A stretch of 64,000 bases of DNA from an uncultured bacterium (GCA_963718575.1 OY970358.1:258172-322171); one strand, 5' to 3'. Counted from the first letter of the stretch, positions 1 through 9,788 are shown. Made by a program: numbers and translations. Notes: generated by a model not told the origin, from the sequence alone.

Positions 1-297
1 CGGGCAGACCTTCACGTCCACCACGACGCCCGTCGCGATCCGGTCACCGAGTATCCGCTCCGCATATGCGCCGGCCTCGGCGCTGCACTTCCCGATGGCG
101 ACAAACACGATTTTTCCGACCGCACCAAGGTCGATCTTCTGATCGGCAAGGGTGAGCATATCCCCCTCGAGGCGCATCGCTTTTGCAAGCACCGCTTCCG
201 TATCGATCGTTTCATATCCCGCCTCGGCGATCGCGAGCAACGCCCGGCGCGCATCGGTCAGTGCAATCTCATCAAAGTTTTTGATCTTCATCATCAT
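1..297 (-). CDS. Partial N-terminus of a glycerate kinase (MOFRL/DUF4147 family) protein. The start (ATG at 297) overlaps the stop region of the upstream pyrD remnant, and the gene runs off the left edge.
   Basis: Reverse-strand translation from 297 gives MMMKIKNFDEIALTDARRALLAIAEAGYETIDTEAVLAKAMRLEGDMLTLADQKIDLGAVGKIVFVAIGKCSAEAGAYAERILGDRIATGVVVDVKV with no stops. The pattern resembles the N-terminal domain of MOFRL-type glycerate kinases. Confidence 0.45.
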   Translation of the reverse strand, partial: MMMKIKNFDEIALTDARRALLAIAEAGYETIDTEAVLAKAMRLEGDMLTLADQKIDLGAVGKIVFVAIGKCSAEAGAYAERILGDRIATGVVVDVKVCP

Positions 298-310
298 AAT
301 CTTAGCATGG

Positions 311-1402
311 TTATCGTTGGCCTTTTCCCACGGCATCCGCGATCGTGGCGTATCCGTCGCGTGCGAGGAGCTTCACGAGCCCGCGGTTGATCCGCTTGAC
401 CGCCATCGGGCCTCCATAGATAAGGCCGGTCACCATCTGCACGAGTGACGCGCCCGCTTTGATCTTTTCGTATGCATCCTCCGCGGTAAAGACCCCGCCA
501 AGGCCGACGAGGATATACTTCCCGGCGGTCGCTCTTATAGATATGCCGGACCATCTCCGTCGAAAGATGCTTTACCGGCGCGCCCGAGATGCCGCCGGCA
601 GGGATCACGTCGAGTTTTTCCTGCGGCGATCGCAGATGCAACTATCGTGCGATCTTTCGAGAGATTTCCCAGAACGAACCCGTCAACGACGTGGTGCTTT
701 TCAACGACCGCAATGATCGCGTCCACTTCGTCCATTGAAAGATGCGTGGAAAGCTTGAGGAATACCGGCACGGGCTTGGGCTCCTTTCCGATCGCGGCGA
801 GCAGCGAGTCGAGCATCGCCGGATCCTGAAACGTGCAACCGTCCTGCGCGTTCGGACACGAGACATTCAGCGTGACGTAGGAAAAATAATGCGCGAGCAT
901 GCTTGTACGTCGCGACATAGTCCTCCACCGACCTGTCTCCCTTGATGTCCGCACGGTTCGTCTTTGCGATATTGATGCCCACCGGGAACGTAAACTTCAG
1001 TTTCTTTAGTTTTTTCTCTATCGCTTCCGCGCCGTAGTTCTTCAACCCGTAATAGACGATGAGCGATGTGTCATCAGGCAGCCGCGCGAGGCGCGGCTTT
1101 GGATTTCCTTCGTATGGAAAGTGCGTGATCGCGCCGACCTCCATGAATCCGAATCCCACCGCCGGCATGATCTTCGTCAGTCGCACGTCCTTGTCGAATC
1201 CCGCGCCGAGCCCGATCGGATTCTTGAAGTCGATCCCCACCACGCGCGTCGCGAGCGCCGGATGTTCGTAATCGCACGACGCGCGCACGATCCACCGCGT
1301 GAGCGCGGACGCGCCGAGCATCGCTCCGACCGCCGTGAAGAAATCATGGACGAATTCCGGGTCGAATCGGAATAATATCGGTTTTAGGATTTTTTCATAC
1401 AT
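311..1402 (-). pseudogene. pyrD: Dihydroorotate dehydrogenase (quinone, class 2) reading frame broken into four frames by about three frameshifts (near 940, 630 and 530).
   Basis: DHODH motifs are spread over the ORFs 701..1456 (MYEKILKPILFRFDPEF...GIDFKNPIGLGAGFDKD), 535..954 (NVSCPNAQDG...FLKLSTHLSMDEVD) and 294..641 (AGGISGAPVKHLSTEMV). A fourth frame ending at 311 carries the C-terminus (YILVGLGGVFTAEDAYEKIKAGASLVQ...GKGQR*). No single frame is continuous. Confidence 0.7.
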
Positions 1403-1418
1403 TGGATACGTGCTACCG

Positions 1419-3720
1419 TCAGTTCTTTGCGATGGCGGATTCGACGACCGAGGCATCGGTATGCACGTCGTCGATCTCGCACACGCCGCTCACGCACGCC
1501 AGCTCCTTTTTGACGTCGGTCGAATCCGTCTTTTCGTAGAGCAAGATCTGCGAGAAATCGATCGCCGGAAGCGCGGCCGCCATTTCCTCATAGCGCTCCT
1601 TCGTGATCTCCTCGTACGGCGCGAGTAGGTACGCATGGCTCTCCCGCGGAAGGAATGACAGCCCGCCGAGCATGTCCCAGTGCTCGTAGAGCCAGTTCGC
1701 CACCGCGATCCACTCGTTCTCGCCGACCGAGATCGTCACCGACGGATTGTGTTCGGTGAAGCTCACTTTCACCTTGCGCCAATACTCCAGCTGGTCGATC
1801 GCCGAGAGATCATCCTTGAGCACCGCACCCTCCGGCGCCTTGACGGGAAATTCAAAGACGAACGTGGAGGCCGAAGAGATCGATTGCCCGACCTCCGGGA
1901 AGTATGGCACTTTTTGGTCTTTCATCATATGGAACAACGCATCGGTGGCCGAGATGCGCACGCGACGGATGTAATATGCGGCATGCCGCGCGTGCAGGCC
2001 GGACGCGGCGTCCACCGTCTGCGACACCGTGCCCGACGGCTTCACGCACGTGACGGACGACGACGGCGCCACGCCAAATCGCTTCGCGTATTCCTTATTG
2101 ACGGCGATGGCGCGGTCGCGCAAGCGCGGCGAGCATCGCTTCGTTGCGCACCGCAGGGCAATCCCACTGGCCCGTGATCGAGACGCCGAGCAGGCGCTCC
2201 TTCTCGCAGTTCTTTTTCCAGTCCTTTGAAAGATACGGGAACTTCGTGAGCGTCGACTGATAGGTGCCGAGGATCGCCGCAATGCGGATCTTCTTCATCA
2301 GCGTCTCTTCCGTATCATCCACGCGGGCCACCACCTCCGAAAGATTGCAGAACTGTTTCGGCTGGAGCAGGATCTCGCCGCACGGATTGGTGCCGACCTT
2401 CAATATCTTTTGCCCAAGCAATCGCTTGCGCCGATTCGGGATCTGATAGACCAAGCTGCCGCGGTTGAATATCCCCCGCTCGCCGGTGTGGCTCTTTGCG
2501 AGCGCGAGCCACTCATCCATGAATTGCTCCGCATCGGGCTTTCGCGTGTAGACGGCAGAATTGTTCGCCATCGAGCGTTGCGGATCGGCAAAATAGAATT
2601 GTCCGGTCTTCGCCGCCCGCATCTCGCTGTCATCAAGGTCCGAAAGCGAGATCATCGCACTGCGCCGCACGCCGCCCGCCACCACCACCTCGCCGATCTT
2701 GCAACAGATGTCGTGCACGTCGATGTTCGATAAACGGCGCCCCTGCTTGGCCAGTATCTTCGCGCGGGCGAACGCGAGGAGCGAGCGCAGCGGCTCCGGG
2801 CCGGAACTCTTGCCGCCCATCGTTTTCAACCGGGCGCCGGCCGGCCGGAGCAGGGAGAGGTCGAAGTCGATATCCTTGCCCTCGAACCATGTGCGAAGGC
2901 CGAGCGTGAGCGCGTCCGCCCATCCCTCCTTGCTGTCCGCCACCACGTGCGTCTTCAGCTTTTTTCCGTGCTGGCGCTTGATCTGGGGAAGCTTCTGCAC
3001 GTTCTGGCTCTCGACGGAAAATCCGACGCCCGTGCCGCACATCGAGATGTACATGATCTCCGCAAAGTCCTCCAGCTTCTGCGGCGCGGTGAACGAGCAG
3101 TTGTACGCGCACACGTTCGTGGCCCGCGCCGCAGTCCCCGCGAACTGCAGAAGACGCATTGATGGCATCGCTTCCTGATGCATGATCGCGTCCTGGATCT
3201 CCGCGTATTCCTCTTCCGTCAGTTTGTCGCCAAGATTCTCGCGCATGAACGCCACATATCGCTCCACCGTTTCGATCCACGTCTCGCGGCGGCCTTCCTC
3301 CGGGATCCAGTTCGCATAAGTGCGATAGTAGACGAATTCCGCCAGCTGATTATGAAAATAATGCTTGCTCGCCGTCGCAAGCTTCCGTACATATTCCGGA
3401 ATCTCCTTCTTGTTCTCACGCAATTGCGAACGGTCATTGCGATATAAAATATAGGCCTTCGCGGTCTTCTGGAAATCCATCAAAATCAGCTGCGTCTCCA
3501 CCACGTCCTGGATCTCCTCGATCGTCGGAATGTGGCCGGCGGGATACTTCTTCATGAGCGAGGCGACCACCTGCTCCGATACTTTTTCCGCCGCCTGCGC
3601 CGACCCGTCATTCGCCGCCGCCATCGCGCGCGCGATCGCGCTTGTGATCCTGTCCTGATCGAACGGCACAATCCGACCATCCCGCTTCCGCACTTCCGCA
3701 AAGCTGTTGTTTTTTGTCAT
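1419..3720 (-). pseudogene. nrdJ: Class II (adenosylcobalamin-dependent) ribonucleotide reductase with an N-terminal ATP-cone. It is split by one frameshift near 2100-2130 into ORFs 2095..3777 and 1419..2282.
   Basis: The N-terminal ORF has an ATP-cone and the RNR catalytic core (VFDQDRITSAI..., NPCGEILLQPKQFCNLSEV..., GVSITGQWD). The C-terminal ORF has the conserved VTCVKPSGTVSQ block. The two frames overlap by about 10 codons. Confidence 0.75.
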
Positions 3721-3898
3721 GGTACATTCAGTGTCACACCGAAGTCGTGAACCGTATAGCAAGAGCCCCTTGTGCATAACCGGAACGCATTGTCATTTGG
3801 AGAACGAATATCGGGAAATCCTTTATTTTTTATTAACAAATCGCTCTTAAAAAATGACAACATTCTTGTCATCTATTTCTCAAAATGTGCTATAATTT

Positions 3899-4651
3899 TT
3901 GAAAATAAGCAAAATGCATATAAAAGGCGTCATAGAACAGCTCGGGTACAGCTCTCAGGAGGCCGCAGTGTACCTCGCCGCCCTCGAATTGGGGGGTAGC
4001 ACGGCCACGGACATCGCCGTGAAGGCGCGCCTCCCGCGCACCACGGTCAACCTCATCATCACCGCGCTCAACAAGAAGGGGCTTCTGAACGCGTACATCC
4101 AACGCAAGCGCAAGCTCTGGGCGGCGGAGAATCCCGAGCGGCTGATGATCACGCTCAAAGAGCGCGAGGCGGCGCTCAAGCTCGTACTCCCCGAACTGCA
4201 ATCGCTCCGGCACGACACGGGCGTCAAGCCCACCGTGCGTGCATACGCAGGCGTGGACGAGATCCGCCAGATCATGAACGACATCCTCGAGACAAAGCAT
4301 CACATCTCCGCCATCCTTTCATGGGACGAATGGAAAGAGCTCCTTGGCGAAACATATATGGATGATTTCATCGAGAGCCGCTACCGGCAGTATCTCCGCA
4401 TCCGCATCCTCACGCCAAAGTCAAAAGCGGCGGCGGCGCTCAAGGCGCGCGACGGCGAAGAGCTCCGCACGACGCAATATCTCCCCTCCTCGATCGCCAT
4501 CAACAACTGCAATTTCATCTATGCCAACAAGGTCGCGATCATCTCGCTCAACAAAAAACGCCCGGTGGGCATTTTGATCGAGGATCAGGATATTCACCAC
4601 ACGATGGAGGTCATGTTCGAAAGCCTGTGGCGTGAAAGCGGCGGGGCGTGA
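3899..4651 (+). CDS. TrmB-family transcriptional regulator (N-terminal winged HTH).
   Basis: The N-terminus (GYSSQEAAVYLAALELGGSTATDIAVKARLPRTTVNLIITALNKKGLL) matches the TrmB HTH pattern. The gene is divergent from nrdJ. Confidence 0.6.
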   Translation: MKISKMHIKGVIEQLGYSSQEAAVYLAALELGGSTATDIAVKARLPRTTVNLIITALNKKGLLNAYIQRKRKLWAAENPERLMITLKEREAALKLVLPELQSLRHDTGVKPTVRAYAGVDEIRQIMNDILETKHHISAILSWDEWKELLGETYMDDFIESRYRQYLRIRILTPKSKAAAALKARDGEELRTTQYLPSSIAINNCNFIYANKVAIISLNKKRPVGILIEDQDIHHTMEVMFESLWRESGGA

Positions 4652-4910
4652 AATCTGGGTATTCCCTTTTTCCCACGAAGTGTCATACTGAACAATAGAA
4701 AGCGTCCACTGGAGGTTGCGATGCCCACCCCGCCAAACCATCCGCCTGAGTCATCCATGCACTCCGGTGATGACGGCCGCTGCCAGTTACCACCCTCGAG
4801 TAGCATCGCCTATTTACGCTACGAAACCAAAAAAAGCAACGAAAGAGATCCCGAAAAACCCGGCCTTCTCTTTCTCCGTATCTGCAAGACGCAACAATAG
4901 AACCACCACC

Positions 4911-4950
4911 GGCGCGAAAACCCGAACACTTTCGCGCCGCCTTTTTTATT
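4911..4950 (+). terminator. Intrinsic terminator: GGCGCGAAA-loop-UUUCGCGCC followed by a U6 run.
   Basis: The sequence ggcgcgaaaacccgaacactttcgcgccgcctttttt is a perfect 9-bp stem with a T-run. It ends a roughly 250-nt ORF-less stretch downstream of the TrmB-family gene. Confidence 0.6.
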
Positions 4951-5191
4951 TCAATGCGATTTCCACGATCTTTTCCTTCGCCGTAACTCCGGAAACGATC
5001 CGCACGCCCGACGGCGCGACATTAAAATGTTCCGCGAGCGCGCGTTCGATCGCACGGTTCGCCTTCCCGTCCACCGCCCGCTCATTAACAGCCACCACAA
5101 AACGCCGCTCGCCGCTCTTTTCAAAGAGATCGGTCGTTTCCTTCACATAGGCCCTTTTAACACCCGGCTTTGCGCGCACAGCGATCCTCAT
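4946..5191 (-). CDS. DUF167/YggU-family (UPF0235) small protein.
   Basis: The 81-aa sequence (RIAVRAKPGVKRAYVKE...AVNERAVDGKANRAIERALAEHFNVAPSGVRIVSGVTAKEKIVEI) fits the YggU family pattern. Confidence 0.6.
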   Translation of the reverse strand: MRIAVRAKPGVKRAYVKETTDLFEKSGERRFVVAVNERAVDGKANRAIERALAEHFNVAPSGVRIVSGVTAKEKIVEIALK

Positions 5192-5418
5192 CTGCGCTAT
5201 TCCTTGGCGTCGCCGTTATCGTCCGTCGGAGTGTTGTCCGTGTTGGCCTCAATATCCTCCGCTTCGATATCGTGCTCCAAATCTTCGTTGAGATCCACAT
5301 CCGGCATATCTGCGTCCTCGTCTTGTGCCATAAAATTATTTTATTGTTTTTTTTGGGGAGGTTCAACGACCTTTCCTTATTATTGTTGACGTGTTTATAT
5401 CATACCTTATTACACGTT

Positions 5419-5466
5419 AAATCTTTATTAAAAAAGATTTGACGGGAAAGGCTCTTCGGCTACAAT
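5419..5466 (+). promoter_or_regulatory. Sigma-70-like promoter (TTGACG, 16 nt, TACAAT) preceded by an 8-bp palindrome (AAATCTTT/AAAGATTT) that may be an operator.
   Basis: -35 at 5439-5444, -10 at 5461-5466, and the inverted repeat at 5419-5440. Confidence 0.5.
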
Positions 5467-5472
5467 AATATC

Positions 5473-5566
5473 AGGATCGAAAGATCCATTAATGGCTTCG
5501 GCCTCGCCCTCGTGCAAACGAGGGCAAACAATCAATTAAAAAGCGTCCGCTGAAGGACGTTTTTTA
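5473..5566 (+). ncRNA. Candidate small structured RNA of about 95 nt. It has four hairpins, including GAAA and UUCG tetraloops, and ends in an intrinsic terminator. No known family is recognised.
   Basis: Hairpins ggatcGAAAgatcc, ggcTTCGgcc, gccctcg-tgcaaa-cgagggc and gcgtcc-gctgaa-ggacgt followed by tttttt. There is no ORF on this strand, and a promoter lies immediately upstream. Confidence 0.4.
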
Positions 5567-5800
5567 ATTCCTCAAAAGCGGCCTCATCGTGTCAAGAGCG
5601 TGGCTCATTTGATTGGTTGGGACCTGGCCGTTAGTGGCATTAGTCCCCCACTTCATCTCCCAAATCTCGCTGGACTCTCCCAAGGCCCGGGATTTCCAAA
5701 TCTGACTAGTCTGGGAGAACTTTCGGATCGAGTCTTGGGTGCGCACATCTCCCGGTGAGATTTCGTCGCAGTTGACAACGCACATCCTCAAGGGTACGAT

Positions 5801-5830
5801 ACATATGTACATATGTACATATGTACGTAT
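5801..5830. repeat. Tandem repeat (ATATGTAC)x3 inside an AT-rich stretch. Further short direct and inverted repeats (ATCTCCC, CCAAATCT, TACGTATAG) lie nearby at 5640-5890.
   Basis: The sequence acatatgtacatatgtacatatgtacgtat is seen directly. It lies in a roughly 340-bp non-coding stretch before the RHH gene. Confidence 0.8.
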
Positions 5831-5904
5831 AGCCGATATACATTGGTGCTTGCATCCAAATGTGTGGATGGTCAATCATACGTATGTATAGGCAAAGGAG
5901 GATT

Positions 5905-6189
5905 ATGACATCTCGCACTCAGAAGGAACTCGGAGTGAAGAAACCCACCAAAGGCGCAACTATAACGGGCCGGAAGCGCGGCAGCAGGCACAGCTTTGTG
6001 GCTCCCGCCCCCAACTTGCTCGGAGAAGAGGGACAAGAATACATGGTATTGCGAACAATGTATTTGACTCCTGCCTTGGATAACACTCTGAAGGCTATTG
6101 CTGCTCGACAGGGAAAGAGCAAGAACCAATTGCTTCGAGAGATCCTGACAGCGGGCGTGCAAAAAGAGAGTTTGGCGCTCTCCCGATAG
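5905..6189 (+). CDS. Ribbon-helix-helix (CopG/Arc/ParG-like) DNA-binding protein.
   Basis: A GGAGG ribosome-binding site sits 5 nt upstream. The C-terminal part (MYLTPALDNTLKAIAARQGKSKNQLLREIL) is a typical RHH strand-helix-helix, and the N-terminus is basic. Confidence 0.55.
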   Translation: MTSRTQKELGVKKPTKGATITGRKRGSRHSFVAPAPNLLGEEGQEYMVLRTMYLTPALDNTLKAIAARQGKSKNQLLREILTAGVQKESLALSR

Positions 6190-6283
6190 TTCGGAATTCA
6201 TTCAAGAAGGTCATCCCATTATAGTTGACCTTCTTATTTTTGTCCGACGTTCAATTGTATTGACGACATACAAATAAACGTCT

Positions 6284-6724
6284 ATGATCTCCCCGGCTCC
6301 AAGATCGGAGGATTTCGTGGAACAAAAACTATATCGCATGGCGGAGATGGAAGAGATTATTGGCTTGGATCGACAAGCCCTCTACAAATATGTGGACACG
6401 TATGACCTCTCTTCGGATGGGCCGAATCTTCATAAGCGTGGTAGCACTCCGCATTATCAACTTACGGAAGCGAATCTTGAACGCCTAAGACTCATCGTGG
6501 CTCTGGATCGTGACGTCGTTTTTGAGAAGAAGGAAATCAAGGGAATCATTAAGAAACTAGATGTCGCCGAATTCGTAAATCTGTTTGAAACGCTCCCGTT
6601 TCCCAGCCTCCTCAAGGAGTTGGACGCTCGTGGAGTACCAATAGTTGAAATTAGTTTCTTGAAGCCGCTTCTCGACAAATCAGGCCGCTCTAGCAAGCGT
6701 CAACGAGTCACTGAAAAGCCATAA
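6284..6724 (+). CDS. MerR-family-like transcriptional regulator.
   Basis: LYRMAEMEEIIGLDRQALYKYV...HYQLTEANLERLRLIVALDR-DVVFEKKEIKGII follows the MerR HTH and wing pattern. Confidence 0.45.
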   Translation: MISPAPRSEDFVEQKLYRMAEMEEIIGLDRQALYKYVDTYDLSSDGPNLHKRGSTPHYQLTEANLERLRLIVALDRDVVFEKKEIKGIIKKLDVAEFVNLFETLPFPSLLKELDARGVPIVEISFLKPLLDKSGRSSKRQRVTEKP

Positions 6725-7303
6725 TCATTCTCTCCTTCCGAATCGCACCTCCCCCAGAGCCTTCCAGAGGCCCTCCTCAAATGCTTTGGTCGGAATGCTC
6801 ACAAATGCTGACATTTGCGTTTGAAGTGGTCGTAGGAGTTCAACTTCAGCGGTTCTCGCAAGATCGAGCCAATCTGGGCCTGCATCAAATATCTTGTCGG
6901 GACATGTCGTGTATACAATCCAAGTCAACTGACTATCTATTAGTTTTATGTCCAAAGGATAGAGCCTGCAATCGATGGGGCGGGAATTATAAATCTGGCA
7001 ACCATCTGTTGAGCTATGAAACATGCAGCTTCCACCCATGCTTTTGCGGACTGACTTCACATAGACATGAGGTTCAATCTCACTCATATCCGCAAATTCG
7101 GTCGGTGTTAAACCCGTTTCCGCGCTGATCCTGGCGATATCAAAACTCGTCAAAAACGGAGCTTCTATCTCGCAACAATTTGGACTGCTGCAACTGGCAC
7201 ATGCGTGACCGAGAATAGTCGTTGCAAGGTGGCCTCGACTAGCCATTTCTCCAATTTGAACCAACAGAGGCCGCGCAGCCATCTTCCGCCCTTCAGGCAG
7301 CAA
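6725..7303 (-). CDS. YkgJ/UPF0153-family protein with a putative Zn/Fe-binding CxxCxxCC domain.
   Basis: The CASCSSPNCCE motif plus additional Cys/His residues, in the typical YkgJ layout. Confidence 0.55.
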   Translation of the reverse strand: MLPEGRKMAARPLLVQIGEMASRGHLATTILGHACASCSSPNCCEIEAPFLTSFDIARISAETGLTPTEFADMSEIEPHVYVKSVRKSMGGSCMFHSSTDGCQIYNSRPIDCRLYPLDIKLIDSQLTWIVYTTCPDKIFDAGPDWLDLARTAEVELLRPLQTQMSAFVSIPTKAFEEGLWKALGEVRFGRRE

Positions 7304-7377
7304 TTATCAAGCTCCGCCGCACCAAAATCAATTGCTCTCTTCGTTGTGCCTCACCAAGATTCCGATCTTCTGTCGAA

Positions 7378-7668
7378 TCAAGAACATAAACTAGGCGTCT
7401 TCTGATTATCTGGTTGCTTCAGCAGACCGCAAGCATCCTCAGCCGCGGATTCTGGACCCACTGCAGCGCGGCCGGCACAAATGAACACATCGCGCCCACG
7501 GGAACAGCCGTTTTCGGTGAGGCCGATGGCATTCACGCCTGCCGCAAGCGTTTCGCGGAGAAACATTGTCACGAGTCTTTTTGGAGTCGCGTTGGCTTTG
7601 TGGAATTGGGATCTGGGCATTCCAATGGGTAAAGGTTTAGTGCGGCCTTTCGCGTAATCGTACCGCAA
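7378..7668 (-). CDS. Hypothetical protein of 96 aa.
   Basis: ORF only, with no recognisable motif. Confidence 0.25.
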   Translation of the reverse strand: MRYDYAKGRTKPLPIGMPRSQFHKANATPKRLVTMFLRETLAAGVNAIGLTENGCSRGRDVFICAGRAAVGPESAAEDACGLLKQPDNQKTPSLCS

Positions 7669-7798
7669 AAAACGAATTCATTTCCATGCTTGGTGTTCTA
7701 TGGAGCGATGGGACATTGAATACTCTGGTCAGCAGCGCCGGTTGATCGGAGTTCGAGAGGCTGGCGTATTGGAGGAATCATATCCCGCAAGAGAATGA

Positions 7799-7830
7799 GC
7801 CAAACGGGGAGCCGAAGAGCCCCGTTTGGC
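7799..7830 (-). terminator. Possible terminator hairpin with an 11-bp stem (gccaaacgggg-agccgaag-agccccgtttggc).
   Basis: A perfect inverted repeat. Downstream of it on the minus strand the sequence is only weakly U-rich. Confidence 0.3.
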
Positions 7831-7887
7831 CGATTGCAAAAACTGGTCTTGCTGATGAGCCGGTCAGTTAGACTCGCAGAGATTTGC

Positions 7888-8130
7888 TTAACTGAGGGCT
7901 TCAAGGTCCTTCTCTAACTGTTTACGCCTTTCAGAGAGCTCTGCAATCGCATCCTTTGCAGCCTCATCCCACTTCTCCATCTTCTCTCGAGACAGAGATA
8001 GATTCATTTGGCCTTGTATTCTCTCTATATTCAAAATGTATTCCCTCAGATGCTCCAATTCCTCCTCGATCTGCACCTTTCTATCTTGATTTTGGTCAAC
8101 CTCGTGGGAGCCAATTAGTTCTTTAGGCAT
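7888..8130 (-). CDS. Small coiled-coil protein of 80 aa.
   Basis: Heptad-like E/K/L-rich sequence (LEHLREYILNIERIQGQMN...ELSERRKQLEKDLEALS). Confidence 0.4.
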   Translation of the reverse strand: MPKELIGSHEVDQNQDRKVQIEEELEHLREYILNIERIQGQMNLSLSREKMEKWDEAAKDAIAELSERRKQLEKDLEALS

Positions 8131-8241
8131 TGGTTAATTAGAATGTTTGATTATATTTCTCAGTATAAGCCGGATGTAAGTAGTGTCAAGCCCTCTGTGG
8201 GATGGATGTCTGACGAAAGATTCCCCTCACCTCATCTCTCT

Positions 8242-8580
8242 TCATATCGTGCGACGAAACAGCATAATGATGCTCATACATGCACCCCAATTCCAGCTTG
8301 CGGCAGAGGGTTTTGATTGTGCGCGAGGGATGCTGATTAGCCAACTCTTTATTGGGATTTCCTGGAGTAGTACGGCTTGCTGATCATTGAAAATCCCGAT
8401 CTCCAATGCTGCTGCCTCGGCGATCTCGGGGGCAATCATATCGAGTTCAATGACCATGCTCTTCTCGGGCGCGAGGTGGTATCCACCCACCCCAAAGAAG
8501 ATTGTGTAGTCAACTCCAAGTCGCACCATCGCCTTCATAACCAGATCAACGTTCTTCCGTTCTGTCAGAATGCGATACAT
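8242..8580 (-). CDS. Small protein predicted to have a P-II/GlnB-like ferredoxin fold.
   Basis: A beta-alpha-beta-beta-alpha pattern (MYRILTERKNVDLVMKAMVRLGVDYTIFFGVGGYHLAPEKSMVIELDMIAPEIAEAAALEIGIF). The call rests on pattern resemblance only. Confidence 0.3.
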   Translation of the reverse strand: MYRILTERKNVDLVMKAMVRLGVDYTIFFGVGGYHLAPEKSMVIELDMIAPEIAEAAALEIGIFNDQQAVLLQEIPIKSWLISIPRAQSKPSAASWNWGACMSIIMLFRRTI

Positions 8581-8898
8581 AAGAAAACTCCGCCTTTGGC
8601 GTCCTCGTCCCGGAATCTGTAATTCAGGCGCATTTCATAGTTACTCAAGCACGCGCCTGAATGCGCGGATGGGGCAATGACGTGGGAACAGTGATTGCAT
8701 GATCGACATCAATGCGTTCGACCCGGAGCGAACGCATTGTCATGCATATTAATTTCACGCCTTCGGAGGTCTCGAAAGCGTACCTCATCTTATAGCGGGG
8801 GCTGAAGAATAAAAGGTTGCATAATTTTTCTCCCAGCAATAGCGCGCGCCATGGGTGGTTCCTTGACGGAATGACTATAGTCTCTATGCTGAAGGGGC

Positions 8899-9600
8899 AT
8901 GCTCCGGCACGAAGGAGGAGAGAATCAAGAAGAACTCAGGCGTCAGGAAAGGACGAAGGCCTGGAACGAGAGACTCGAGACAATCGGGCGCATCAGAGAT
9001 GCACTTGGTTTTCCCGTTGACGAGACCATTCGTGAACCTGTTGCCGCACTCCATTGCTTCGGAATTCCGACCTCGGCATCGTGCGAAGGGCACCTGGATC
9101 GCGGTAAGGCGGCCCCCTGGATCAAAATAGAAGGTCCGAACCAACCACGAGACCGATTCACGGGCCAGAGCGCAATCTTCGCAGCGACTGCTGAGAAGTA
9201 TCATATCTCCGAGGACGATGTGAGGACTGCCCGCAGTTGGGAAGCATGGAAGGAAGCAACCGGGCTCGCGGCAGTGAACGAGGAGACGAGCGATTATCAC
9301 ATCTGGCGGAAAGAGAATGAAGCCCTCCAAGTGAAGCTCGCAGCGTTGCTCGCGGAGTTCTATCGAGATAGAGTGGCGAGCCCATCCTTGCATCTCGAAA
9401 TCGAGCCCGATCCCGAAGGAACGGCGAGACTTCACAACGGCGGAGATGACTACAAGGTAAGACATCTATCTCTTTCCGAGGACGAGCGCCAGGATCTCGC
9501 CGGGCGCCTCGTGGAATACCAGACAGAAATGAAAGAGTTTGCCGATTTTCTCAAAGAGAAATATGTTTCGTCTCAAGACGTGGAAACCGCGGTAGAGTAG
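8899..9600 (+). CDS. Hypothetical protein of 233 aa.
   Basis: ORF with no recognisable domain. It is immediately followed by the zinc-finger gene on the same strand. Confidence 0.35.
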   Translation: MLRHEGGENQEELRRQERTKAWNERLETIGRIRDALGFPVDETIREPVAALHCFGIPTSASCEGHLDRGKAAPWIKIEGPNQPRDRFTGQSAIFAATAEKYHISEDDVRTARSWEAWKEATGLAAVNEETSDYHIWRKENEALQVKLAALLAEFYRDRVASPSLHLEIEPDPEGTARLHNGGDDYKVRHLSLSEDERQDLAGRLVEYQTEMKEFADFLKEKYVSSQDVETAVE

Positions 9601-9620
9601 TGCATAAGAAAGGACGGCAT

Positions 9621-9788
9621 ATGGCAGAGTGTTCTGAGTGCGACGGAACGGGGAAGGTCGAGTGTCCACGGTGCGATGGACAGGGGTGTGAGCTTTCAAT
9701 GATTCCCGGACTCACCGACGAATGTCCGCAATGCTATGGCCACTGCGAGATAGATTGTCCATGTTGTCACGGGAGCGGAGAACATTAG
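9621..9788 (+). CDS. Small stand-alone DnaJ-type (CR-domain) zinc-finger protein with four CxxCxGxG repeats.
   Basis: CSECDGTG, CPRCDGQG, CPQCYGHC and CPCCHGSG. Four repeats is the same count as the DnaJ cysteine-rich domain. Confidence 0.55.
   Translation: MAECSECDGTGKVECPRCDGQGCELSMIPGLTDECPQCYGHCEIDCPCCHGSGEH

Noticed and set aside
5198-5335. A 45-aa, highly acidic minus-strand ORF (MAQDEDADMPDVDLNEDLEHDIEAEDIEANTDNTPTDDNGDAKE) downstream of yggU.
   Set aside because: No ribosome-binding site and low complexity. It could be real, but it is not supportable.
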